DNA of 35,933 bases, taken from positions 1 to 35,933 of the forward strand of contig WJKC01000005.1 of assembly GCA_014729335.1 (NCBI GenBank), in the 5' to 3' direction. Below the pieces are notes generated by a model. The model saw nothing but the letters and a program-made list of their open reading frames with translations. It ran no database searches and had not been told where the DNA came from. How positions within the stretch are numbered: the first letter of the stretch is position 1; every line of letters begins with the position of its first letter. The position numbers and the translations under genes were made by a program. This DNA is from an archaeon. GTDB lineage: Archaea; Nanobdellota; Nanobdellia; WJKC01. Of this stretch, positions 9,631 through 17,769 are shown in pieces.

Positions 9631-10787
9631 ATGCTTTTTATCTCATCAGTTGTTAATTCATAATTCTCTACAAAACCCTCATTCTTAGCTAATATCTTAA
9701 TAAACGGCAGTACTTCAAGAGTCTTGCTGATTGAAGCATTAATTGATGACTGCAGTTTCTGAGCTAACTGCTTCCTTAACTCCCGCCTGTGCTTGCTCTT
9801 CCATAACTTCAGTATCTTGGTTGGCTTATCATATCTTACAAAACCCGAGCTGGTTTCTTTGGAAGCGTTCACGCCCGCAGTCATGAAAAGGTTAACGTAG
9901 AAAAGGAACCGCCAGTACTGCTGCCTCATTATCCGGCCGTTAAAGACATCTGCTCTTGATAAAGCGTTGAAAGCATTAGCCAGCTCTGAGCCCTTGTTAA
10001 ACTCTTTAGCCAGGTTCTCTAACACCCACAGCATCTTGGTGCTCATGTCAAGGTTAACCTCATCCAGTGAATGAACTGCTTCAGCGAACTGCTTTGTATT
10101 AAACAGTGTCTTCAGCCCGTTAAAGATTGATACTGGTTTCCTTCTAAAACCCATGGCGTCTAGTTCGTGCTCAGTGACCTCGCCGTCGCCTGACAGCATC
10201 TCTAGGTTATTAATAGCTGCCCTGACATCACCGTTAGCATTAGATGCTATTGAGTACAAGACTGAGTCAACCACTTTAACCCCTTCTACCTCACTAATAC
10301 TCCTCAGTATCTTCTTTATAGTTGAAGCCCTAACCTTTCTTAACTCAACCATTCTGCAGTAACCTCTAAGAGTTCTTAACTTGCTGTCCCATGGGTCAAT
10401 TGCTGTCAGGAAGATTGGGGTCCGGGTCTTTTTAATACAGTTTATTAACTCAGTGATGCCGCCCCGGTCCCTGGCGTTCAACGAGTCAACATCATCTATT
10501 AGTATTATCCTCTTGCCGAACAAGCTCATAGTAACTGAGGCGTTGCCGACAATTCTTTTAATCGCGTCCCTGTTCCTTATGTTGCTGGCGTTTAACTCCA
10601 CTAACTCGTAGCCACGCTCCCTTGCCAGTGCGTGGATGCTGCAGGTCTTGCCAGTGCCGGCTGGCCCGTGTATTAACAAAGCCTTCTTCTTAGGATTATT
10701 CTCTGCGTGCTTGATAATTGGCGTCAAGTTATGTCCGAGCACTTCCTTGATAGTTTTAGGAGAGTACTTCTCAAACCAAGGCGTCAA
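9627..10787 (-). CDS. rfcL: Replication factor C large subunit
   Basis: WFEKYSPK, Walker A GPAGTGKT, ELNAS, IDDVD, GDVRAAIN; TTG start with GAGGTG SD; adjacent to rfcS. Confidence 0.93.
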   Translation of the reverse strand: MTPWFEKYSPKTIKEVLGHNLTPIIKHAENNPKKKALLIHGPAGTGKTCSIHALARERGYELVELNASNIRNRDAIKRIVGNASVTMSLFGKRIILIDDVDSLNARDRGGITELINCIKKTRTPIFLTAIDPWDSKLRTLRGYCRMVELRKVRASTIKKILRSISEVEGVKVVDSVLYSIASNANGDVRAAINNLEMLSGDGEVTEHELDAMGFRRKPVSIFNGLKTLFNTKQFAEAVHSLDEVNLDMSTKMLWVLENLAKEFNKGSELANAFNALSRADVFNGRIMRQQYWRFLFYVNLFMTAGVNASKETSSGFVRYDKPTKILKLWKSKHRRELRKQLAQKLQSSINASISKTLEVLPFIKILAKNEGFVENYELTTDEIKSI

Positions 10788-10789
10788 TA

Positions 10790-11743
10790 TTAACCACCTC
10801 TTCCTAATAAGTAGAACTGCGCCAGCAACGCGTCGAGCTGCAAGTACTCATCCGAGCCCTCAACCATTCTGAACTCGTACTCGCCTATCCGGTCTAATAG
10901 TTTAACTTTTAATTTATTATCAAGGTCTAGTTTCATTACCATTGACTGCACTTGCTTTATTGCATCTATACCTGACAAACCGTACTTAAGCATGACGTCA
11001 AATAATAACTTCCTGGCTTGAGTAAAGGAGCCTTTAAGTGCCAGCTGCACCACTTTCTCCATCTCTTTTGGCCGGGCATAAGACGCTACCTCGTAGATTA
11101 ATGACTCGTTTATCTTTTTTGAAACACTAGCGCTTGATTGAAGAATGTTCAGAGCCTTCCGCAGGTCGCCGCCTGACACTAGGTAGACAGCTTTTAATGC
11201 TTCTTTATCAGCTTTTAACTCTTCCTTCTTTATTATCCCCTTCAGGTAGTCAATTACTGAGTTCTCATCCAATGGCTTGAATCGGAAAACCGCGCACCTT
11301 GACTGTATTGGGTCAATAATCTTTGACGAGTAGTTGCAGTCAAGGATGAACCGGCAGCTGTTAGCGTATAACTCCATTGTCCTTCTTAAGGCGTGCTGAG
11401 CATCCTTGGTTAATGAGTCAGCCTCGTCTAATAGTATGACTTTGAAATTAATATCACCTAACGGCATTGTGCGGGCAAAATCTTTTATCTTGCCCCTGAC
11501 AACGTCTATGCCTCTCTCATCGCTCGCATTGGTCTCCATGAAGTTCATGCGCCATTGGTCGCCGTATAAACCCCTGGCTATGCACGTGGCGCTCGTGGTC
11601 TTGCCAGTGCCGGCTGGGCCTGAGAATAACAAGTGGGGCATGTTCTTGTTAGAGACGAATGATTTCAGCCTCTTAACTATGCTTGTCTGACCAAAAACCT
11701 CGTTTAATACCTGAGGGCGGTATTTCTCAACCCATAATTTCAT
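10790..11743 (-). CDS. rfcS: Replication factor C small subunit (ATG at 11743; ORF track extends to 11758)
   Basis: WVEKYRP, GPAGTGKT, NASDERG, LDEAD, SRC motif, GDLRKALN. Confidence 0.97.
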   Translation of the reverse strand: MKLWVEKYRPQVLNEVFGQTSIVKRLKSFVSNKNMPHLLFSGPAGTGKTTSATCIARGLYGDQWRMNFMETNASDERGIDVVRGKIKDFARTMPLGDINFKVILLDEADSLTKDAQHALRRTMELYANSCRFILDCNYSSKIIDPIQSRCAVFRFKPLDENSVIDYLKGIIKKEELKADKEALKAVYLVSGGDLRKALNILQSSASVSKKINESLIYEVASYARPKEMEKVVQLALKGSFTQARKLLFDVMLKYGLSGIDAIKQVQSMVMKLDLDNKLKVKLLDRIGEYEFRMVEGSDEYLQLDALLAQFYLLGRGG

Positions 11744-11817
11744 ATTAGTAATTGTCAATTAATATTATTCTTAAAAATATTTATGTAGGGTAGTGACCGT
11801 TATTGCAGGTAAGCTAG

Positions 11818-11844
11818 CCTTTATAAAGGATGAGTCTTTATAAA
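11818..11844 (+). promoter_or_regulatory. Tandem TATA-like boxes upstream of tbp
   Basis: CTTTATAAA at 11819-11827 (inside the palindrome CCTTTATAAAGG, 11818-11829) and again at 11836-11844; GGGGGG SD-like element before TTG 11869. Confidence 0.55.
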
Positions 11845-11868
11845 TGATTAATTAGGGGGGAACCTAAA

Positions 11869-12408
11869 TTGTTAAAAGATGTTAAAGTAGAGAATGTAGT
11901 TGCAAGTGTTACTTTAAGCATGGATATTCCTCTTGAGAAGATGGCGATGAGCCTGGTTAACACTGAGTACAACCCAGAGCAGTTCCCGGGCTTAGTCCTG
12001 AGATTAAAACATATTGGCATCACTGCCCTTGTGTTTAGCAGCGGCAAGCTGGTATGCACTGGAGCTAAGAGCGCTGAGATGGTTAAGGTCGGTGTGAAGG
12101 AGATACTGAAGGAGTTGAAGAAGATTGGCTTGACCACTAAGAAGGAGCCTGAGATAACCATTCAGAACATGGTTGCGAGCGGCAACATCCATATGAAGCT
12201 GAACCTTAACAAACTGGCTTTCAAGCTGCCTAATGCTGAGTACGCGCCTGAGACCTTCCCGGGCCTGGTTTATAAGGTGCCTGACTCGCACATAACCTTC
12301 CTGTTGTTCGGCACTGGCAGGATAGTATGCACCGGAGCTAAGAATGAGAAAGAGGTTGAAGAGGCAGTGAAGGACCTGAAGAAGAAGATCCAAGAAGTAA
12401 TTAAATAA
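11869..12408 (+). CDS. tbp: TATA-box binding protein
   Basis: Two internal repeats: NVVAS...YNPEQFPGLV...FSSGKLVCTGAK and NMVAS...YAPETFPGLV...FGTGRIVCTGAK. Confidence 0.98.
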   Translation: MLKDVKVENVVASVTLSMDIPLEKMAMSLVNTEYNPEQFPGLVLRLKHIGITALVFSSGKLVCTGAKSAEMVKVGVKEILKELKKIGLTTKKEPEITIQNMVASGNIHMKLNLNKLAFKLPNAEYAPETFPGLVYKVPDSHITFLLFGTGRIVCTGAKNEKEVEEAVKDLKKKIQEVIK

Positions 12409-12414
12409 ATTCTA

Positions 12415-12437
12415 TTTTTTTTTCTATTATTTTTTTT
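12415..12437 (+). terminator. Oligo(T) tracts after tbp, putative archaeal terminator
   Basis: Two T runs of 8-9 nt immediately after the tbp stop. Confidence 0.55.
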
Positions 12438-12520
12438 CTCCATTTGAAGTAAGGGACTTGCGGACTAGCAATAAATATTTATTTAAACCCGTGGCTTAAT
12501 GATTAGTGTGGGGAGGATTA

Positions 12521-14521
12521 ATGAAATTAATTAACACTTTCAAGTCGTTTATCACCAAGAACTATGGCAAGAAGGTATCTAAAGCTGTTAAGATGGGTGA
12601 CAGCTTCTTCATTGACTTCAAGGAGCTTGACCTGCAGGAGCAGGAACTAGCTGATGAACTGCTTAATAACCCTAAAGAAACGCTCCAGGCTTTTCAGACA
12701 GCTTATGACGAGCTTGAATTCTCCTTAATCCCGCGGTTCATCAACCTGCCGGAGACTAATTCAATTAAGATTAAGAACATCAGGACCAAGAACTTGAACA
12801 AGCTGATTCAGATTGAGGGGATTGTACGGCAGGCAAGCGAGGTCAGGCCAGCGAGCGCGTCAATAATATTTGAATGCCCTGCCTGTGCTCAGAAGATAAT
12901 TGAGCCGCAGGAGAGCAACCGGGTCAGCTCTCCTAAGAGGTGCCCTAACTGTGGGCGTATGGGCAAGTTCTCAGTGGTTGATAAGAAACTAATTGACACC
13001 CAGCGGTTAATCCTTGAAGAGTCGCCTGAGAAGATGGAGGGCGGTGAGCAGCCGCAGCGGATTAATATTATTTTAAAAGATGATTTAGTTGACCCAACAA
13101 TTGTTAAGAAGACCTGTCCTGGCAGCAAGGTTGAAGTCACAGGGGTGTTGCAGGAAGTTCCTATCTACCTAAGGAGCGGCGGTAAGAGCAATCGTTTTGA
13201 CTTACTAATACAGGCTAACGCTGTTAACCCAATAGAGTATGAGTTCGATGACATTGACATCTCTAAAAAGGATGAGAAGAAGATTATGAAGTTCGCCAGC
13301 AGCGGCAAGATTCATGAGAAACTAGTTGATAACATCGCGCCTAACATTTATGGTTATGAAGAGATTAAGGAGGCAATTGCTATTCAGTTATTCGGCGGTG
13401 TTCGTAAGATTAGGGATGATGGGACCAAGGTAAGGGGTGACATTCACATATTATTAGTCGGCGACCCAGGGGTTAGCAAGACCCAGATGCTTAGCTACGT
13501 AGCTCAGATAGCACCCAAGGCTCGTTATGTTAGCGGCAAGGCAAGCACTGCCGCGGGCTTAACTGCCAGTGTTGTGAAGGACGAGTTTGTTAAGGGGTGG
13601 AGTCTTGAGGCGGGCGCGTTAGTACTGGCTAACAAGGGCATCGCATTGATTGACGAGCTTGATAAGATGACCACTGAGGACCGGAGCGCTCTTCACGAGG
13701 GGCTTGAGTCGCAGACAATCACTATCAGCAAGGCTAATATCCAGGCAACGCTTAACTGCCAGACCAGCGTACTTGCAGCAGCTAACCCTAAGTTCGGGCG
13801 GTTTGACCCATTCGTCCCTATTGCTGAGCAGATTGATATCCCGCCAACACTGCTTAACAGGTTTGACCTAATTTTCCCAATGAGGGATGTGCCAAGCCCT
13901 GACCGGGACTCTAAGATAGCTTCTCACATGCTTGACTCAGCTCAGAACCCTGATAAGGAGCGGGGGGTTATTAATAACGAGTTCCTTAGAAAGTACATTG
14001 CTTATGCTAAGAGAATTAAGCCCGAGATAACTAATAGTGCTATTAAGACGCTGCAGGACTTCTATGTTACGCTGCGTAATAAGAAGATGATGGCTGAGGA
14101 TGAGGTGAGGGCTATACCTGTCAGCCCGCGGCAGTTAGAGGCGTTGGTGAGGATTAGTGAGGGCTGCGCTCGCTTAAGGCTTAGTAAGAAGGTGACTAAG
14201 AAGGATGCTGAGAGGGCTATCAGGTTATTAAAGTATTGTTTGTCAAAGGTGGGTGTTGACCCTGAAACAGGCGAGATTGATATTGACCGGTTGGTGACTG
14301 GTTTCTCTGCTAAGCAGCGGAGTGATATAATGAAGATAAAAGAAGTGATTAATGGGTTAAGTGATAAGTACGGCAACGCCATCCCCACTGATGAAGTGAT
14401 TAACAAGGCTGTTGAGTTAGGTCTTAGTGAGCAGAAAGCTGAGACCCTTATTGAGAAGATGAAGCGTGAAGGCGAGATATTCGAACCAAAGCACGGCGTG
14501 ATAAGAAAACTACCAAGGTAA
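12521..14521 (+). CDS. mcm: MCM replicative helicase (ATG 12521 with GGAGG SD; ORF track starts 12506)
   Basis: Zn finger CPAC...CPNC, Walker A GDPGVSKT, IDELDKM, AAANPKFGRFD, arginine finger NRFD, C-terminal winged helix. Confidence 0.98.
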   Translation: MKLINTFKSFITKNYGKKVSKAVKMGDSFFIDFKELDLQEQELADELLNNPKETLQAFQTAYDELEFSLIPRFINLPETNSIKIKNIRTKNLNKLIQIEGIVRQASEVRPASASIIFECPACAQKIIEPQESNRVSSPKRCPNCGRMGKFSVVDKKLIDTQRLILEESPEKMEGGEQPQRINIILKDDLVDPTIVKKTCPGSKVEVTGVLQEVPIYLRSGGKSNRFDLLIQANAVNPIEYEFDDIDISKKDEKKIMKFASSGKIHEKLVDNIAPNIYGYEEIKEAIAIQLFGGVRKIRDDGTKVRGDIHILLVGDPGVSKTQMLSYVAQIAPKARYVSGKASTAAGLTASVVKDEFVKGWSLEAGALVLANKGIALIDELDKMTTEDRSALHEGLESQTITISKANIQATLNCQTSVLAAANPKFGRFDPFVPIAEQIDIPPTLLNRFDLIFPMRDVPSPDRDSKIASHMLDSAQNPDKERGVINNEFLRKYIAYAKRIKPEITNSAIKTLQDFYVTLRNKKMMAEDEVRAIPVSPRQLEALVRISEGCARLRLSKKVTKKDAERAIRLLKYCLSKVGVDPETGEIDIDRLVTGFSAKQRSDIMKIKEVINGLSDKYGNAIPTDEVINKAVELGLSEQKAETLIEKMKREGEIFEPKHGVIRKLPR

Positions 14522-14617
14522 AAAGAAAAAAGGGAAGGGGGTAGCGTAGGGGGAAACCGCAGGTGTCCCCTCGTTTTGAACCAAAGCACGGCGTGATAAG
14601 AAAACTACCAAGGTAAA
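14483..14617 (+). repeat. 40-bp perfect direct repeat of the mcm 3' end flanking a 55-bp insert containing a GC-rich hairpin
   Basis: GAACCAAAGCACGGCGTGATAAGAAAACTACCAAGGTAAA at 14483-14522 and 14578-14617; the insert contains AGGGGGAAACC-GCA-GGTGTCCCCT. Confidence 0.95.
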
Positions 14618-14638
14618 GATTTAAATTAGTAGAGGTTA

Positions 14639-15271
14639 ATGAGTTATACAATGTTCACAAAGAGGCACACGGCTTATAAGTTAAGGATAAAGGATATTCT
14701 TAGCAACGATTTTGTTTCAAGGGATGGTGAGAGTGATTACGTATTAGTTAATGACCAGCAGGTGTCAAGGGTTAGGGTTATGGCAACGATTGTTAACCGG
14801 TTCATTAATGATGAGCGTAAGAGCGGCTCGTTAATCATTGATGATGGTTCGGAGGTTATCAGCTTAAGGGGTTGGGAGGACCAGTTCCATATGATTGACA
14901 AAACTGCTATTGGGCAGTTAATTGATGTTGTGGCTCGGGTCAGGGAGTATAATGACCAGGTCTATTTGGTGCCTGAGATAATAAAGAAAGCAAGCCCCAA
15001 CTGCTTCGTGCTCAGGAAATTAGAGTATGATAATCATAAAGGCCCTGTTAAGACTGCTAAGCCTGAAACCAATAAGCCTGAGGAAGAGGATGACGGGTTA
15101 AAAGATAGTGTCTTTAAGAAGATTAAAGATGGCGGGAGCAAAGGTGTTAAGATGGATGAGTTAATCAAGGTCTGCGGTGACAAGAATACTTGCAAGACAG
15201 TGTTGAAGACCTTATTAGAAGAGGATATGATTTTTGAACCAAGGGCTGGCAGGTATAAAAAACTTGAGTGA
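14639..15271 (+). CDS. RPA2/RPA32-like OB-fold protein with C-terminal winged helix (possibly leaderless start at ATG 14651)
   Basis: R.TAYKLRIKDI...VSRVRVMATIV...IDDGS.VI OB fold; C-terminal LLEEDMIFEPRAGRYKKL; TATA-like TTTAAATT at 14620 is about 31 nt before ATG 14651. Confidence 0.85.
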   Translation: MSYTMFTKRHTAYKLRIKDILSNDFVSRDGESDYVLVNDQQVSRVRVMATIVNRFINDERKSGSLIIDDGSEVISLRGWEDQFHMIDKTAIGQLIDVVARVREYNDQVYLVPEIIKKASPNCFVLRKLEYDNHKGPVKTAKPETNKPEEEDDGLKDSVFKKIKDGGSKGVKMDELIKVCGDKNTCKTVLKTLLEEDMIFEPRAGRYKKLE

Positions 15272-15362
15272 TTATGAATAGCATTATCTGCTAAATAGTT
15301 AATTTATGAGATTTTTTTCATTATAAAAAGTCTTAAAAAGAACCGCTCATATCCAATACTCT

Positions 15363-15782
15363 ATGGCATGGAATTATAAGTATGATGAATTATTGAAAAG
15401 GGCTCGCAAGCAGCTGCCAGACTCGGTTTTTAAGAGCGAGCGTTTCAAGGTGCCGAGGATTAAGGGCAGTGTCCAGGGCAACCACACCATTGTTAATAAT
15501 TTTAAACAAGTGGCTGATTATGTCAGGCGCGACCCGCAGCACTTGCTGAAGTTCCTTGTAGGCGAGTTAGCAACTCAGGCCCGGTTAAAGGGTTCAAGAG
15601 CTGACTTCACAGGGCGGTTCAGCAGCAGGGAGATTAATAAGAAAATTAATGACTATGTTGAAGAGTTTGTTAAGTGCCGGGAGTGCGGCAAGCCTGACAC
15701 TAAACTTGTGAAGCAGGACCGGTTAACTGTTATGACCTGCATGGCTTGCAGCAGCAAGAAACCAGTCAGGAGCCTTAAATGA
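15363..15782 (+). CDS. eif2b: Translation initiation factor aIF-2 beta
   Basis: YDELLKRA...ERFKVP...GNHTIVNNF...RDPQHLLKFL; Zn ribbon CRECGKPDT...CMAC. Confidence 0.95.
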   Translation: MAWNYKYDELLKRARKQLPDSVFKSERFKVPRIKGSVQGNHTIVNNFKQVADYVRRDPQHLLKFLVGELATQARLKGSRADFTGRFSSREINKKINDYVEEFVKCRECGKPDTKLVKQDRLTVMTCMACSSKKPVRSLK

Positions 15783-16051
15783 TTCACTTAAAGGTTATTA
15801 AATCAAAGGATTACCAGGTTAACATCTGCGACGAGGACTTGATTGGGAGGAAGATTAACAATACTACCATCAGCGAGTCATTCTATGGTGAGAGAACCAG
15901 CAGTGATAAAGCTCTGGCTGAGTTAAAGAAGGCGACACTTGTTAACGCGTTAGGGTCAGAAGCTGTAAAGCTGCTTAAGAAGGTTAAAGGCGACTTGAAC
16001 ACTATTAAAGTTAACGGCGTACCCCACGCCCAGTTCTTCTTAATTACTTAA
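15779..16051 (+). CDS. DUF424 family protein
   Basis: ICDEDLIG...SESFYG...A.LVNALG..AV...V.GVPHAQ pattern; usual neighbour of aIF-2beta. Confidence 0.8.
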   Translation: MIHLKVIKSKDYQVNICDEDLIGRKINNTTISESFYGERTSSDKALAELKKATLVNALGSEAVKLLKKVKGDLNTIKVNGVPHAQFFLIT

Positions 16052-16083
16052 GGTTTTTAAATAACCTCTTGGTTCATTTACTC

Positions 16084-16434
16084 ATGACAGAGGATAAGAG
16101 CGCTCAGCAAAAGAAGGCGCCACTCCCCCGCACTGCTGAGGGAGAGATAATCAGGGTGCCTTTGCCAAAAAAGGATGAGTTAATGGGTGTTGTTGAGAAA
16201 CTGCTGGGCAATGCTCGAATGTACGTCCGCTGCACTGACGGTAAGAAGAGACTGGGACGAGTGCCTGGCGGCAAGAGGCGGGCGTTGTATATCAGGGAAG
16301 GCAACTTAGTGATTGTTAAGCCGTGGGAGTACGAGGAGGACACTAAGTGCGACATAGTGTATAAGTACCGCAAAGTACAGGTTAAGTGGTTAAGGAAGAA
16401 TGGTTACTTGGAGAAACTGGAAGAAGAATTTTAA
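16084..16434 (+). CDS. eif1a: Translation initiation factor aIF-1A (ATG 16084)
   Basis: GVVEKLLGNARMYVRCTDGKKRLGRVPG...IREGNLVIVKPWE...DIVYKY. Confidence 0.96.
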   Translation: MTEDKSAQQKKAPLPRTAEGEIIRVPLPKKDELMGVVEKLLGNARMYVRCTDGKKRLGRVPGGKRRALYIREGNLVIVKPWEYEEDTKCDIVYKYRKVQVKWLRKNGYLEKLEEEF

Positions 16435-16460
16435 TAAAGCAAATAATTAATCCTAATCTA

Positions 16461-17165
16461 ATGACTAGAGAGAAGTTCAAGGTTTATGAAGGAGTTTTTG
16501 ACAGGATTACTTTCAAAGCTCTTTACAAATTATACCCAAAGTACTTTGACAGGCTTAAAGGACCAATCAGTACTGGCAAGGAAGCTGATGTCTACTTAGC
16601 TGAGAAGGACGAGCATTACGTGGCGCTGAAGATTTACCGGATACTTGCCCGGATGTACAAGGGCTTTGATGTTTATATTAAAGATGATCCCAGGTTCAAG
16701 TCAGTCAGGAAGAACCCCCGTCAGTTAATCTTTGCCTGGACTAAGAAGGAGTATAAAAATCTGACAAGAGCGGCTGAGGCAGGGGTCAGGGTTCCAGAAG
16801 CGTTTGGTTTTCATAAGAACATCTTGGTAATGGAGTTCATTGGCAGGGGTGGTGCTGCTTCACCACTAGCTAAGCACCAGCCGCCAGAGAAACCCTCCCA
16901 GTGGAGGGACTTGGTGTACTCGTGGATTAAGCGTATGTGGGAGGATAAGAAGATGGTTCACGGTGACTTGAGTGAGTGGAACATCCTTAATCACGATGAG
17001 GAGCCGGTATTCATTGATATTAGTCAAGCGGTTCTTAAACAACACCCGTTAAGCTTAAAACTTCTTAAACGTGATGTTAATAACATGACTAGATGGTTTC
17101 AGAAGCTAGGAGTTGCTGATGACTCGTTAAAAAAGTGGTTGGAAGGTGTTATCAAAAATGTTTGA
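16461..17165 (+). CDS. rio1: RIO1 family Ser/Thr kinase/ATPase (ATG 16461)
   Basis: ISTGKEADVY, ALKIY, WTKKEYKNL, VHGDLSEWNIL, IDISQAV. Confidence 0.95.
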   Translation: MTREKFKVYEGVFDRITFKALYKLYPKYFDRLKGPISTGKEADVYLAEKDEHYVALKIYRILARMYKGFDVYIKDDPRFKSVRKNPRQLIFAWTKKEYKNLTRAAEAGVRVPEAFGFHKNILVMEFIGRGGAASPLAKHQPPEKPSQWRDLVYSWIKRMWEDKKMVHGDLSEWNILNHDEEPVFIDISQAVLKQHPLSLKLLKRDVNNMTRWFQKLGVADDSLKKWLEGVIKNV

Positions 17166-17682
17166 GTACCAGTTATTAATCCCTAAGGAGCGAGTCGGAG
17201 CCTTGATAGGTGATAAAGGAAAGATGAAGCGGTTGATTGAGCGTAAAACCAGCACTAGCTTGCTAATCAAGCATGAGGAAGTCACTATCAAGGGTGATGA
17301 CTCTTACAAAGCGTGGATTTGCAGCCAGGTTGTTAAGGCTGTTGGCAGGGGTTTTAATCCTAAGGAGGCTTTGAAACTGATAAAAGAGGGCTACGTTTTT
17401 GAGTTAATTAACATAATGGATTACGCTCGTAACCAGAAGGATAAGTTCAGGTTAAGGGGCAGGGTTATTGGCGAGAACGGTAAGACTAAGAGGGGCATAG
17501 AAGGGCATACTGGCTGCAAGATAAGCGTCTTTGGGAAAACCATTGGTATTATAGGACCAGCAACCATGGTAGGAGACGCGATTGAAGCCGTTAAAATGTT
17601 GTTAGAAGGGGCTCAAACCAATTCTGTGCATAATTTTCTTGAAAAGAAGGCTAAAATGAGAGTTAAAAAAGAATTAATCTAG
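17158..17682 (+). CDS. KH-domain pre-rRNA processing protein Dim2/Pno1
   Basis: IPKERVGALIGDKG, AVGRGF.P..A..L, GRVIGENGKTK; conserved aIF1A-rio1-dim2 order. Confidence 0.92.
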   Translation: MFEYQLLIPKERVGALIGDKGKMKRLIERKTSTSLLIKHEEVTIKGDDSYKAWICSQVVKAVGRGFNPKEALKLIKEGYVFELINIMDYARNQKDKFRLRGRVIGENGKTKRGIEGHTGCKISVFGKTIGIIGPATMVGDAIEAVKMLLEGAQTNSVHNFLEKKAKMRVKKELI

Positions 17683-17769
17683 AAAAAACAGTCCTAGACT
17701 TTGGAAAAGGATTTTTATGAGTATTTTTTTCAGGTAAAGTATTTAAAAGGGTTATGTTTCGCTTTAAAT

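Noticed and set aside
12409..12520. Replication origin next to mcm (AT-rich tract, palindrome AATAAATATTTATT at 12470-12483)
   Set aside because: No ORB/mini-ORB repeats and no orc1/cdc6 nearby; explained by the tbp terminator plus the mcm promoter.
14483..14617. CRISPR array
   Set aside because: Only two repeat copies, the repeat is the mcm coding end, the insert is itself palindromic, and there are no cas genes in the window.
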